Shown piece by piece: positions 1-12,691 of a DNA stretch of 59,869 bases. Location: the NCBI GenBank assembly GCA_012026655.1, contig JAAILG010000231.1, forward strand, positions 62,001-121,869, read 5' to 3'. The position numbers were made by a program, and so were the translations under genes. The DNA is from Hydrolagus affinis (Eukaryota). The first letter of the stretch is position 1, and every line of letters begins with the position of its first letter. The notes below the pieces were generated by a model. The model was given only the letters and a program-made list of their open reading frames with translations, made no database searches and was not told the origin of the DNA.

Positions 1-672
1 GGTTATTCCTCTTCTATAATGTCATCAGACCACAATTTTATTACAGGTATTGATTTAATCTAATAGCATCCATTCGCATTACCAATGCACTGCAATGTAT
101 GTGTACATATAACGTTACTCCGTTTTTGTTAACAAAAAGAGCGTAACTGTTGCTCTGTTTTTAATTGAAACAGACTATTTTTTCTTACGTTTAATTTAAT
201 TTCCCCTGTGAAATCTATTAATCCTCTATTATTGGTGGATTTCAGTAAACAGTAGAGAATTTCTTCCTATAGCCTTTATCTGGCAATGTCCAATCAATTA
301 GTATGCATAAATACACATTTGGTTCAGAATTTGGATTTAAAGCATTGATAACTTCAACATAAAACCTCAGAAAACATCTTTCGCTTGAGCAGCAATGAAC
401 ATAGATAGACTAATCAATCTATCATCTCCATTGAAAAGAAGGAAATGGTTCTATCAGCATGTCAAATATAACCTCGTTTTTAATACTGAGAAAACCAAAC
501 TATAAACATTGTAATTCATTTAAAACATTACTAATATATGAATACAAAATAACTATAAATTCTAATGGTTTCAGAGTACCAATACGATATGCCTATCAAT
601 GCAGTGTATTTGGTAGCTACTTTCAAAAACTCGAAATACAATTATTTCATTTGTAAAGTAACTTATTGCAGC

Positions 673-678
673 TTTATT
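673..678 (-). terminator. candidate NKX2-8 polyadenylation signal (AATAAA)
   Basis: TTTATT on + at 673-678, about 380 nt after the stop. An alternative lies at 1025-1030. Confidence 0.4.
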
Positions 679-1055
679 TCCACAGATATGAAATTACAGA
701 TGAACAGAAGTACCAAACTATTGTTTTATGTCCTTCTCGTACAGTTAGAAAACGTGCAGTCATATAGTTTAGAGTTTGTAGCTTAGGTTATATCCCAAAA
801 GCTTTAAGTTGAGTTATTTTTCAGCACATCTGGAAGACGACACTTGCACGTTATCAAGAAATCGGTGACATCCCAAGCACTGATCAAAGTCAGTTTAGTG
901 GTCTAAACACGTTGATTACATGCAACAAAAAACAGCAGCAAATGCAATTCTGCCAGACAAGCCAACCACCCATGAACTCACCAAAGCATCAAGTCATGAT
1001 TCTGCACATCAAATATTAGCATCATTTATTAGAGTTCAAAAGGTCCTGGATTCAT

Positions 1056-1597
1056 TCACCAGTTCCACTGCTGTCTTTGCATTGCAGGATGCGTTAAGTG
1101 CTGGTAGCCAGGGAAGATGCCAAATGGTGCAGTGTGTTGTATGTGTTGAAAACCGTGGAGTGTAAAAGCTGCGTAAGAACTATTGGGTTGGACAGTGCTG
1201 CTTGGCTTGTCCTGGAGTTTTACGGAGGTAATGGAGCAAGTGTGACAAGGTTTCCCATCTCTGATCAGCACAGGCACAGCCACTCTGCGGACGAATGAAG
1301 ACTGGTTGGCGTCTCTCTCCAGGGTACCGTCCAGTCGGGCTCTCTTTATTTTATACCTGTGGTTCTGGAACCAGATCTTCACCTGGGTCGGGGTCAGGCT
1401 CAACACATGGGCGAGGTGTTCGCGTTCAGGAGCTGACAGGTAGCGTTGCTGTCGGAATCGTCGCTCCAGCTCAAAGGTCTGTGCCTTAGAGAACAAAACT
1501 CGTCGTTTCTTCTTCTTCTCGTTCCCAGTGAGGGAGGCGGGATCTCTCCTCGGGATGCAATCGGCAGGAACCATGTCTGTGCTGCTTTCGTCCGATG
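1056..1597 (-). CDS. NKX2-8: NKX2-8/Nkx2.9 coding exon 2 (homeodomain + NK2-specific domain)
   Basis: Acceptor TTTTTCTTGCAG|. Reads SSDESSTD..., homeodomain [34 protein letters not shown]...WFQNHRYK (NK2-type Tyr54), NK2-[17 protein letters not shown] and C-terminal WNW. Spliced product is 251 aa. Position next to PAX9 identifies the paralogue. Confidence 0.95.
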
Positions 1598-1711
1598 CTG
1601 CAAGAAAAACAAAAGGTTTATATTTCTTAAGGTTACCTTATAATGGTTTGACTGCGGTGGCCGGAGCGGCGGATCTCAGTGTGAAGATAAGGATGGAGCT
1701 GGGTTACTTAC

Positions 1712-1925
1712 ACATTCGGTCAGAGTCAAGCCACCCCGGATAAGACGATTTCAGAGGGTTGCGATGCGAATGATGGTCCACTTCTTCTTGTTTAATGGCA
1801 GAGGGTTGAATCGGTTTCTCATCTCCACGACTGCATTGCCGATTGATAGACAGACGATCCACTTCGCGTTGATCGGGTAAGTCTAAAATGCTCCTTACTG
1901 TAAAACTTGTCTTAATTATCGACAT
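1712..1925 (-). CDS. NKX2-8: NK2 homeobox protein NKX2-8/Nkx2.9, coding exon 1
   Basis: MSIIKTSFTVRSILDLP is the TN/eh1 motif. The exon ends at a T|GTAAGT donor (GT at 1711-1710), phase 1, and joins exon 2 in frame across a 114-bp intron. Confidence 0.93.
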
Positions 1926-2084
1926 GTTATCAGACCCTCGGTGAATTTCTCCAGGGTGGAAAAAGTGACCAGTTACTCGATGGATAACGTGAATACCGAT
2001 TTTTTCATGTGTGAAAAAAAATGTGTTGCGGTATTCTCGCTGTTAGATAATACCGAAATATTAGTGTCTTTTACAGAGAGCACC

Positions 2085-2355
2085 CAATGTTTATACAGAC
2101 AGTGCTTTCCACCGCAAATACTCGCAACTTTCAGATCGTGTCTGACCACAGGACACTAAGTACCTGCATCAGTCAAGTGCCAAGGCATTAATGTGAGTAG
2201 GGGTAACCTCACCACAAAATAACCCGGTACTTCCCAATGACAGCAGGAAACAGCCTTTATCATTACATATTCTGTCTGATTAGCAAAGAAAGTGGCGAAC
2301 AGATAATGGTAATTGTGTTAGTGAATTAGTGAATTACATCTTGGGTGGTTAGTGG
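2085..2355 (-). promoter_or_regulatory. NKX2-8 proximal promoter
   Basis: TATAAA on - at 2095-2090, NK2 site TCAAGTG 2173-2179, CCAAT 2234-2238, several TAAT cores and Gli-like TGGGTGGTT 2342-2350. Confidence 0.55.
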
Positions 2356-3024
2356 TGACCACATCCCTCCCCCCCCCCCCCCCCACCACCCCGTCATACA
2401 AAGTAAAGAAGCAGTGGCAGGTTTCTGTCGTTTAATTTATTATTCATTTGCTAATCACTGTGCTGCGGACAGATTATTCAATGTAAATGGTTACATGCAG
2501 GCTGCTCTTGCCGCAGGTTGTCTTTAATTGCAAAAACGTTAGAAGTTCATCTGTGTCAAACTCTCTTTGTGAAACTTGTACTGTAAATAGGTTTTGTTCC
2601 TCCAATTAATTCTAATGACAGCAGTTGCACAGTTACAGTGGGTGGGAAGTATCTATTTGCAGCCAACGTTTACGAGGGAATCCTGTGATAGTTTGTTCTA
2701 AGACAGTGAACTGACCACCAGAACAGAAAGCTACAAAAAAAAGACATGGGTTTCGCTGGGACTTATCCGTTCCGTTTTATTCCCTGGACGTTAATTACTT
2801 TGATGCACTGTTGTAAATTATACCGTCGTTAAGAAAACTGTGATTTAAACGTTTTATCAGAATACTTTTGCAATTGTTTGTTTGAGACCTTTAGCATTGC
2901 TTCGTGAATTTACCGACAGACTGAAATCGTTTACTAATTATTTATGGATGTCCCTTGGAAACATGGCACTACTCTTTTTAAAAAAAATCTGACCTTTTTT
3001 TTCTGCAAACGTCTGTAGGTAATC

Positions 3025-3270
3025 TTCATGCAAAGATTCCCATGCCATGTCTATTGGTGCCACCTATCAAGCGTGCCTGTGTGACAGTGCTGCATGCTCC
3101 ACAAACTTCCTCACAACAAGCTGGGTGGCCGATGCTGGGAGAACACAAATACATGCCAACTGCTAGGCTGCAAACAAAAGAGGAAATGTAGACCAACGTC
3201 CTGGACCTGTTGGAAGCATTTGTTCCAGTCAAGATTTTGCATTTGTTCAGTCATGAAATAATAGATGATT
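3025..3270. promoter_or_regulatory. candidate Gli/Sox ventral neural tube enhancer
   Basis: TGGGTGGCC 3122-3130 (one mismatch from the Gli consensus), Sox-like AACAAAAG 3173-3180 and CATTTGTT 3217-3224 and 3240-3247, POU-like TTTTGCAT 3235-3242. Confidence 0.5.
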
Positions 3271-6200
3271 GACGCCTTCGCCCACAATGTGCTTTAACTT
3301 TTGGGGATAAATCCGAGTTTGTTCCTTGTTGTCATGGTTTTCAATGGCATTAAAGGGGATTTGGCCTGCTATCGACTCCGCTTCACGTCCAATGCAGCCA
3401 AGTGCATAACAAGTTATTGGTTATATCTTTTCTAATCAAATAGGATTTCTTAAATGCAATAACGAAGGGTTATTCAGTCTTACGCAAAAAAAGAGTTATT
3501 GTGTCCACAACAGATTCAATATTTTCCATTTCCCCCCCAAAATGTAATACAGTAAATGTAATGCAATTTTCTAGATTTGAAAAGATCAAAGATTTCAGAA
3601 TTTGCTTCCAACTGTAGACATGGTATTAAATACCAATAATCATTAGGTGCAATATAGAAATTATTGTTTGAAAACCAATTGCCTAGTTCAAAAGGTTATC
3701 GTTATTCTAACAGGACACTATTCAGCTACTTTATTGCTGGTAGATCAACTGAATGAAATATGAATCACGCTTATTGCACAATTGTTATTCTACACCATTG
3801 ACTTTCAAGTTAGCAATACGTAGATTAACATTGGAACTAAATAAAATTAAAACAAATTTTAAAGGAAGAAAAGCGTAAAAATTATGAATATCGTTTACCA
3901 CAAACCCAACTCTCTGGTGATGAGAAAATGAAGGAATGCCCACTGTGTTCATTGTTTTTCAGAAGCAATAGACAAAATGCTCTTAACTCCGCTTCTTAAT
4001 TTACCTGTTAATTTTTTTCCTTAAATTACAGGGTGCAAAACAGTACCTTTAAATATGTTGTTGGCTAAATTTACCAGGAATAGTTAAAAGAAAGTGTACT
4101 ACTTTTCAGGAAGAAAAGCCATGCACGGTGGAAGAAATTCACAGCTTCAATGACCTCTTGTAGACCCCTTAATCTATTTAAAATCTAGAGACTACAACCA
4201 TGTGCAGAAATAAGTAAACAGATGCACTTATACGCTTAAGGGCACTTCAGCATCAAATATTTGCTCTCACTTCTAACAGATTTCAGCTAATGGTGGGCGC
4301 ATGAATATTTTACGACCTGGAGATACTTTGATAGCAAATGGATTAAAGTGCATTTTAAATAAATATTATTTCGTAGGTTCGATAATGGGTAGGCATAATC
4401 ACCAACAATTAAGGTTACTTTAGGTACCCTAACATTTTACAGATTACATATTTCATTCCATTCCAATGCATAATTAATTGTTCCATTTCCAAGTTGAGAT
4501 CGTAGTCCTTCCTTCCTTTAAAAAAAGTTTTTAAAATTTATTATTCATTTACACATGGCTAATGTTAGGTTATTTTATATATCCAAATATAGCCTTGTCA
4601 ATCAATTTTTTTAAACTCATGTCACAATGTATACCAGTTAAATATTGTAAAAGCCACAACTTTACTTGGTGTAAAAATCCAAACTAAATTATTTGCCTAT
4701 TTTCTCAAATATAAATAACTGTTGCAGTTAAATAATGTAAGCGTCTGTCAACTAAATATCATAATGGATAAATTTGAAGTGTATCGCTAAACGTTGCGAA
4801 ATTTTCGCTATATCATTACAGTATATGATTTCCTGCCTGTAATTCGCTAAACTATTGTAATGCAAGGGGCTGGGGTAGTGTAACTTTGAGACATTTTTAA
4901 ACCAAAAAAACTCATGAGTTTAAATGTTATTTTTATCAAACATACACGAAATTTATCAAATGCACACATTTCTATGATAATCAATCTAGAGATTATGCAG
5001 CCAATTTTACATAAGACTTTTTGTAACTGAATTACAAGTTCCATTTTGAAAAATAATCATTCAAGTATTTGGGTGACAGAAATATTCAGCAATAGTCTTC
5101 ATGCACGTACTTCTCGGGTTGTTTAACAAATCTCGTACAAGTTTATTAGGTAATAAAGTCAAACTTTAGAATCCACAAGTAAGATACATTGATAGCAAGT
5201 TATCCTCAGTCCGATTCATCAAACAACACAACTCAGAGGCATTCAGCAAAAAATTGATCCGGAAACATAAGCTGAAAGAAATGTTAAATGAATAAATAAG
5301 TATTTAAATTTAGAAGAGATTAAATGGAAGATGACAGTACTGCATTGCATTTGTTGCCTAACAATTGAGATCGGAAAACTAAGAGTTTGCTTGTTCAGAT
5401 TGCGTTTCCAAGTACAGCGTTTGGCGGTTAGTGTTTTTATTAACGACAGAAGTCAATACATATAAACAATCAAAGCAAACCAAAAATGGGAACCGTAATG
5501 CAGCAAAGTCATATAAATATATCGTGCACCACACTTTTAAAACAGGAGTAACCTGCAAGCTCGTGTATGCATCATGAAAATGACTCTGCTGAAGATACAA
5601 GCAAACGCTTTGACAACAGACATTAACTGTATATATGGGAAGTAACCTCCCGTGGAGACTTGACCGTCTAATTAAAGAGCATCGTGATCTTATCTGTGCC
5701 CGGTGTCCCCCCACCCCCTCCCAAGAAGCTGTTTCTGTCTGCCTGGCGCATTGCCAAAAGCCAGTAAGTCCAAAGCAAACAGTCCTGGGAATTGATTTAG
5801 ATACACACACAATAAAACTTGGAATTTAATGGTCAAATTCTGTCGCTTCTTACTGAATGTCCACGTCGATGCAAATGGTATTGAAATGCAAAACGAATCC
5901 ACAACCTGAAAGAAACGATGCACCCAGTCTTTAGATCGCTCTCAATGAATGGATTGGGTAAAGCAAAGAACGCATTACTCCCATATACTGTACAGAGCCA
6001 GTGACAGCAGGTTTTAAAGGAAGGCTATATCACATAACACTTCTTTTTGAACTGCAATTTCTGTGAATCAGAAGGCTGACAATAAATCAGTTTCTATGAT
6101 AACTCAAAGCTATGAGATTACTGCAACCGCATGGAACAAACTTTCGAAAACTATATTTAATATGACCCGTTTTAACGGAAATTCTAAATGTAACAATGTA

Positions 6201-6789
6201 GTTGCATTACCTCACGTAAACGTTAACTGTTGCCTATACTTATCCGGCATGAGCTACACAAATGTAATTTTGTTGTTGATTTGAATTCTTATTGGGACAT
6301 TGCCTATGGATTTCTGTTGTGTGTTCAGATTTATTTGCATTGGTGGCCTTGGACGAATAAGATTCACCCTCACCGCATAATACAACATTGGTGTGTTCGA
6401 GCTTCCTATGTTACAGGCACTCGGTGTGCACTCAGGCCATCCGAACAGAGACAAGTTACTGGTATGGTTATACTAGTTCATACTGGTTACTGGTTGAAAC
6501 TCAGTTCTTGATGGTAATTTGGCTGATGAGATTTCATTCAACTAACTGTGGCACCCAAACTGGCGTAAGCATTTACAATGATACCAATACTATATATACA
6601 CCAGTAATACCAACGTTATATTTTCCATCTAGCTATAATATATTTTACCTGGAGTGACTGGTGTTATTACTAGCCATCTGAAATAGGAAAAATGTTCCAT
6701 TGCCTAGCAATAACATCTCCTACCACCATGTATTAACAAAATAACTATTAAATTTGTTTTGGAGAAATGTAGGACAACACATGTTTGAA

Positions 6790-6940
6790 TTAGTCATTCA
6801 ATTCATGGCTGTTTGTGGAGCATTACTAAGTGCAAATTGGCGGCCACTTTCACCTACAAAATGTAGTCAATGCACTTTACAGTGGATCCAGTGAATGCTT
6901 TGAGTAGTCCTCCAACTTGAAAGATTTTATATCAGTGGCA
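6790..6940 (+). mobile_element. decayed Deu-type SINE 3' fragment
   Basis: GCTGTTTGTGGAGCATT...GCAAATTGGCGGC matches the SINE body repeated elsewhere in the window. Confidence 0.6.
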
Positions 6941-7256
6941 GAAATTACAATCCTCATCATTGTACTTTGGAAGTAATGCCAATGCCATACTGCATTAGGA
7001 TTTTTCGATCAGAATAATTCTAGTATGATCATCAGTTAAAACAAATCCCTGTGTTCAGATGCCCAGTTCTATACAACTTCCAACTGCGTTACTTTCATGG
7101 AGACAGAGTGCTCAAGAGATGGTATTGTGTTGCATCAGCTTCACTGTAAGACAAAGAGCTGAAACACTGGCTCCAAAGCGAATGTACATCAGGACAGTGT
7201 AGTTAGGGAGCTCAACAATGTCACAGCACCTAGCAACCATGAAAGGAGGAGGCGCT

Positions 7257-7309
7257 TTCCAGATCTGGAATATCCTGTTCTCAGGATATTCCAGATATCC
7301 TGAGAACAG
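7257..7309. repeat. compound (nested) palindrome
   Basis: 14-bp palindrome 7257-7270, perfect 15-bp arms 7263-7277/7282-7296, and perfect 15-bp arms 7275-7289/7295-7309. Confidence 0.9.
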
Positions 7310-7504
7310 ACAGTTCTCAGCTTTGGAGCAGGAGCAGTTCCTTTCAGAATTCAAGCTCCTTGGCTTCATCTCCTTATGATGTGCTTTGTGTCATCTCAAA
7401 AAATCAGACTTGTCAATCTCTTCCACAGAGATTCTACTGTGAGGGGAAACTCACCCCCAAAATATTACACACACTCTCATTGGGTCAATAAAGCCAGGAT
7501 GTCT

Positions 7505-8225
7505 AACAACAACAAAATTATATTTGTAGAGCATCTTTCACGTTGGGAGATCATCCCAAAGTGCTGAACAGTCAGGGGTCAGATCCCGAGCATGGTAGTG
7601 GGGTGGGGGGGGGGGCAGGCAGGGATGAGGGTGGGCAGAGAAGTAGGACTGTGGCTGAAGATCAAAAAGGAGGGTCTTGAGTCAGACTTTGAAGGAGGGA
7701 GCAAGGTGAAGGGATTATCAGATGGAGTTCCAAAGGGTGGGTGCAGAGAGGCAGAAAGCCTGGCTGCCGATAGCAGAGAGGGTCGGATGGGAGACAAAAA
7801 ACTGGCTGGTGTCTAATGAACAGAGGGAACGGACAGGTGGATAGGGGGTCAGCAGGTCAGAGAGGTAGGAGAGGGCAAGGCCATGAAGGCCCTTGAAAGT
7901 GAGGACAAGGATTTTGAATTAGATCCTCTGAGGGATGGGGAGCCACTGGAGGGTAGGAGTGATGGGGTCATGGGGCCTGGTGCAGGAGAGGACTCGAACT
8001 GCAGAGTTTTAGATGATCTGCAGCTTGTGGAGGGAAGAGTTGGGGAGGTCGACAAAGAGGGAGTTTCCATAGTTGAGCCTTGAGGTGACAAATGTATGTA
8101 TGAGGGTTTCGGCAGCCTGAGAGGTGACACAGTGGCGGAGTCCGGCAATGTTGCGGAGGTGATGGAAGGCAGTACTGGTCTTGCCATGGATATGCAGAAG
8201 AAAGGACAATTGAGGACCGAGACCA
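7505..8225 (-). mobile_element. L2 LINE 3' fragment, degenerate
   Basis: ORF2 C-terminal remnants (TLIHTFVTSRLNYGNSL...LHKLQ) followed by a 3' tail ending in (TTG)n, homologous to the copies at 10.2 and 12.7 kb. Confidence 0.85.
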
Positions 8226-9204
8226 CTTGCATACAAAATGTTTGGGTCATATACATTGTGGGGGACAAAAAAGAAACAAATTGATAGATGAAATTTGCAT
8301 GCATAAATGCATAAGAATATCCAAACCCTCTCAGCTTGGTAAAGCAGGGTGATAGGTTTCCCCATGTTTCAAACACTTGGCTAACCCTCAAAATAGTGTC
8401 ATGAAACAAATACCTGTATAAGATTTTTTTTCTCATGAAAGGCATGTAGCTTTGAAAGTTATTAGAGGTATGAAATAATTTAATGGAATGCTGCCTGAAG
8501 CCATTCCTCCTCCTCCTCTCCTGCCACTTTGATGGAATGCTGCCCATTCTGAGTGACATTGTTGAAAGCAGCCAACTGCCATCGTGGTTTGGGAAGTGCT
8601 GTTTTGAGTGCAAGATGTTGTAAGAGTAGTTCAGTGGAAGGCAACAGTAGTACAGGTTGCATTATTTTACTCCCTAAATTCCCCACTCATTAACTCTACA
8701 AATGTTTGTCCAGAATTGTTCACCTAATACACTGACCTTCTCCAAAAGACATGAGCAGTTGTCAGGAGTGGAAATCAGTTCCTCCTCAATTATAACACAA
8801 ATGATTGGGTTGAAGAAGTGACTGAGTTGCCCAATGAGAACTCATTAAGTTCATGTGATACATGTATTTCTACTTGTGAGTGAATACTTTCTATAGAACT
8901 CGATGGGTGTGAACAAATGAACAGTCTTGCGACTGAGCTTACAGTAAATTCATCCTGTTTTTAAGCCTGGTGTGTAACCCTGGTTCTTCCTTCATGAATT
9001 CGGCTAGTCACATAATATTTTTGTGGGTAGATTACATGGGATCTTACTGCAGCCACAGTAAACAAAATTGTGGTGGGCGTGGTATATAACTAGTATACCA
9101 GCGCCTTAGGACGTTCTCCCAATGTGATAGGTGCTCTGCAAATGTAATTTTGTTGTTGTTATCATTGGTGAATTAGTGTTGCACTGGGAAATTATATATA
9201 TATA

Positions 9205-9390
9205 AAATAATCCTTGCATTTGATATAGCACTTTTCACATCTTCTAAGCATCTCAAAGTGCTTTACTGAATATACTATAAAGTGAATTGACTTTGTGGGT
9301 GAAACACCAGCAGCAGCCAATTGCACACAGCACTGTCCCACAAACAGTCATGGATTGAAGTGATCAAATTATTTTTATTTCTTGAGGAAT
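9205..9390 (-). mobile_element. SINE 3' half (tRNA-SINE family)
   Basis: AATCCTTGCATTTGATATAGC...CCCACAAACAGTCATGGATTGA, shared with copies at 42.1, 46.4 and 54.5 kb. Confidence 0.8.
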
Positions 9391-10231
9391 TATACGCACA
9401 CACATACATAAATAAATATACACACACACCACACACAATATAGGTAGAAGCCACATGTGGTATTGTGAAGAATTTGATAGTAGGTATGTAGTATTACTGG
9501 GTAAAAAATACTTTTTTTTTTTTTTTTAAAAGGCCCAATCACTGTGAAGCAGGTATATGCCAAGAGTTTTCCAGATCATTACCAAAATCATCTATCAGGA
9601 CTTAAATCTGTGCGAGACATCTTCCTGTCATCTGCAAGGAGAGTTCAGCTGGCAACTATTCTGATGTATTTGAGCCATGTGACATGGAGTACTCCACAGA
9701 CTTGGAACCTTACTCTAATAGGCTGCATCCATTTCCTATTGACTTCAAATTGCTTCCAGAAACTATATGATTAAGGCAGGAGCTGTGACTCATCAAGGAA
9801 GATTCGCTTGTGGCATCTTGGATGAAGAATATTTCCGTGTCAACTTCACATACTATAAAGGAGAGATTCATTTTATCATATGTATTGTTAATTGTAGAGG
9901 GTGTCTTCAAGTGGAGCACATCATTTCAGTGGCTTGAAAAATGTTCTGGTTACAGTTTTCTGGTCCATTTCAGAAATATGCTGCAGTGACTGAAAAGTTC
10001 CACGTTGAGTTTTGGGCTTTGGCCGAAAAAAAAGTCTGTTTTTAATTTTTTTAAATCTAGTTTCTAATCTAATTTGAAAAAGCCTCATTATAGCTGGTAC
10101 AAGCCTTAAAGCTATAATGGGCACAAGTTGTTTATTTCTGATAATTTGCCAGAAAATGCATTTGAGAACATTTCTTATCAAAGTTTAAACATAGCTGAAT
10201 TACTACTTTTTTTTAAAAAAAAACTGAAAAC

Positions 10232-11075
10232 AGGAGAAACAGCATTGGGGTAGGGGGAAGGAGAGTAGGAGAGGGGAAGAGTTAGGATGGGAGCAGAAGG
10301 CACGGTTGAACAGGAAGGTCTTGAAGGAGGAAAGGGAGGAAGCGAGGCGAAGGGATTGCGGGATGGACTTCCAGAATGTGGAGGCAGAGAGGCTGAAAGC
10401 CCGGCCACCAATGCTAGGGTGGTTCGGGTGGAGGATGTGGAGCAGGCCAGAGTCCACTGAACGGAGGGGACGGGCAGGCTGATAGGGAGACAGCAGGTCG
10501 GAGAGATAGGTGGAGGCAAGGCCATGAATGGCCTTGAAAATGAGGACGAGGATCCTGAATTCGACCCTCTGGGAGATGGGGAGCCAGTGGAGACGGGCGA
10601 GGGTGGGAGAGAAATAGTCATGGAGCCTAGTGTGGGAGAGTTCTGAGTAATCTGCAGCTTGTGAAGGGAGGAGCTGGGCAGGCTGACAAGGAGAGAGGTG
10701 AGGTGCGGAGGTGCTGACGTGAGCCAATCATGAAGGCCTCCGTCTTGTTGATGTTTAGTTGGATGAAGTTGTCCCTCATCCGGGATTCAATGTCGGACAG
10801 ACACGCAGTCAGAACGCCAGTAGTCCTGGAGTCGAGGGTGGAAGAGGAAAGCTAGAGTTGGGTGTCATCCACATACATGTGGAAGTTTACCCCATGTCTG
10901 TGGATGATGTTGCCAGTCAGAGTATGTAGAGGGTAAAGAGCAGGGGCCAAGGACAGAGCCCTGGTGAATGCCGCATGAGACTGTGCAAGGGCTGGAGGGA
11001 AAGCCGTTGGAGGAGACAAAGTGAAGGCAATGAGAGAGATGTGACCAGAACCAATCAAGGACAGAGCCTTGAAGA
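10232..11075 (-). mobile_element. L2 LINE fragment with RT remnants, internally deleted
   Basis: GIHQGSVLGP, FHMYVDDTQL (YADD box) and LHWLPISQRVEFRILVLIFKAIHGLASTYLSDLL...GGRAFSLSASTFWKSIP, in broken frames. Confidence 0.9.
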
Positions 11076-11415
11076 TTGTAGCTCAATGGTTGGAGCACTC
11101 GACTCGCAAACAAGATACCTGGATTTGATTCCCAGCTGGGTGAGACCTTTCCTTACTACACATGCCTGATCCTTGATGATAATCGCTCCAAAAAAAATGG
11201 CCATTTCAATCCACAACTGTTCATGGGATCGTTGGCTGCTGTATTTTGCCCACAAATATAGTCAATTCACTGCACAGTATATTGTGTAATGTGCTTTGAG
11301 ACGTCTAGAACAACAACCACAAAGTTACATTTGTATAGCGTCTTTCATGTCAGGAGGACGTCCCAAGGCACTGAAGACGTGAAAAGCGTTATATCAAATA
11401 CAAGGATATTATATT
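11075..11415 (+). mobile_element. tRNA-derived SINE with an inverted L2 tail nested at about 11310-11373
   Basis: A-box-like TAGCTCAATGG, B-box-like GATTTGATTCC and family tail GCGTTATATCAAATACAAGGATATT. Confidence 0.75.
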
Positions 11416-12691
11416 AATATTTTTGTATTGTTTTATGCTGAGGCTCGATGCACACTGACACAAGATCCTTATCTTGGGGAGAGAATTTCACACTCCTTCC
11501 AGGTGCACTCTGAAAGGAGCAATCCTTCCCCACTTTATTACTACAGTGTTTGGGGTTTGTGCCCCCATCAGAGCAGTCTCACAAATTACACCAAAATACA
11601 TGGCGATTAGTAAAACTATCTTACTTTATTCAATCCTATAGGCTTCTTATACGTGCCTGTATTTGATGAAGCATGCACATAATATTTATAGCATATTGAT
11701 AATATTATATCAATACAACTTTAACAAGGTATAAGATCATATACTCTAAGATATCTAACCACTGAGCCTCAACACTACGACCACCAGGGATAAACAAATA
11801 CCCCAAATTCACATTTCCTCAAAGTTCCTGAGATTCAGAGTTTTAGGATTAGTAATGTTAGAGTCAAGTGATCGTTCCAACTCCAAACCTCAGCAACTCC
11901 TTTTCTCTCTCTCTCCCCTCCCTCCTTTTCATGCTTCCACTGTCCCATATGTTTTTTAAAAAAACGTTTTTTTGCACTTTTACAATTTGGAAACATAAAA
12001 CTCCCAGAATTTAATACAAGAACTATAAACCCAAAATACTTAAAACAACTTTTTACCCCTTAAGACAAACAGATTGATACCTCACCCTTAACAAATGTAA
12101 CAGACCATTTAGCTACAAATACCTACCACTCTCTCCCTGAACCCAAACACTCACCACATTCACCCCCCTTTTACCGCACAGCACCATGAATGGTAGGAAA
12201 AAGCGAGTACATAAACTTAACTCGGTGAATGTAGGATGGAGAAAGTTACACAAAATACTAGTAGACTTAATGTGCTCTCTCTGGGAAATATTTAAGTTAA
12301 TCAGGCCTGAATGTGAGAGTTGTATATTGGACATCTTCCTGTCTCAAATTGTGCCACAGCATCTTTAACATTCACCTGAATTGGCCGACGGTGGTTTAAT
12401 GTTTCTTTCAAAAGACCACATCACAGCTTCAAGACTATCTTGAAATGTCATTTCAGACCTCGAGTCATGGCATGCAGTATTGAATACACAACTTTCTGAC
12501 CCAGTGACAAACTGAGCCAAGCTAAAGTCTCGGTGAATGTGTAAAGGTTGGATCAAAACAGAGTTGAGTCACCTCCGCAATCAATGAGAAAAAAAAGGAA
12601 AACAGCTGTTTTACAAGCATGTGATAAAGGAGTTTGAATGTAGAGATGCTAAAAATAAATGACCATTTGTCAGTTTACTTTTTACTGGCCA

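Noticed and set aside
7849-8613. 254-aa minus-strand ORF
   Set aside because: Chance read-through from unique sequence into an off-frame L2 remnant; no coherent domain.
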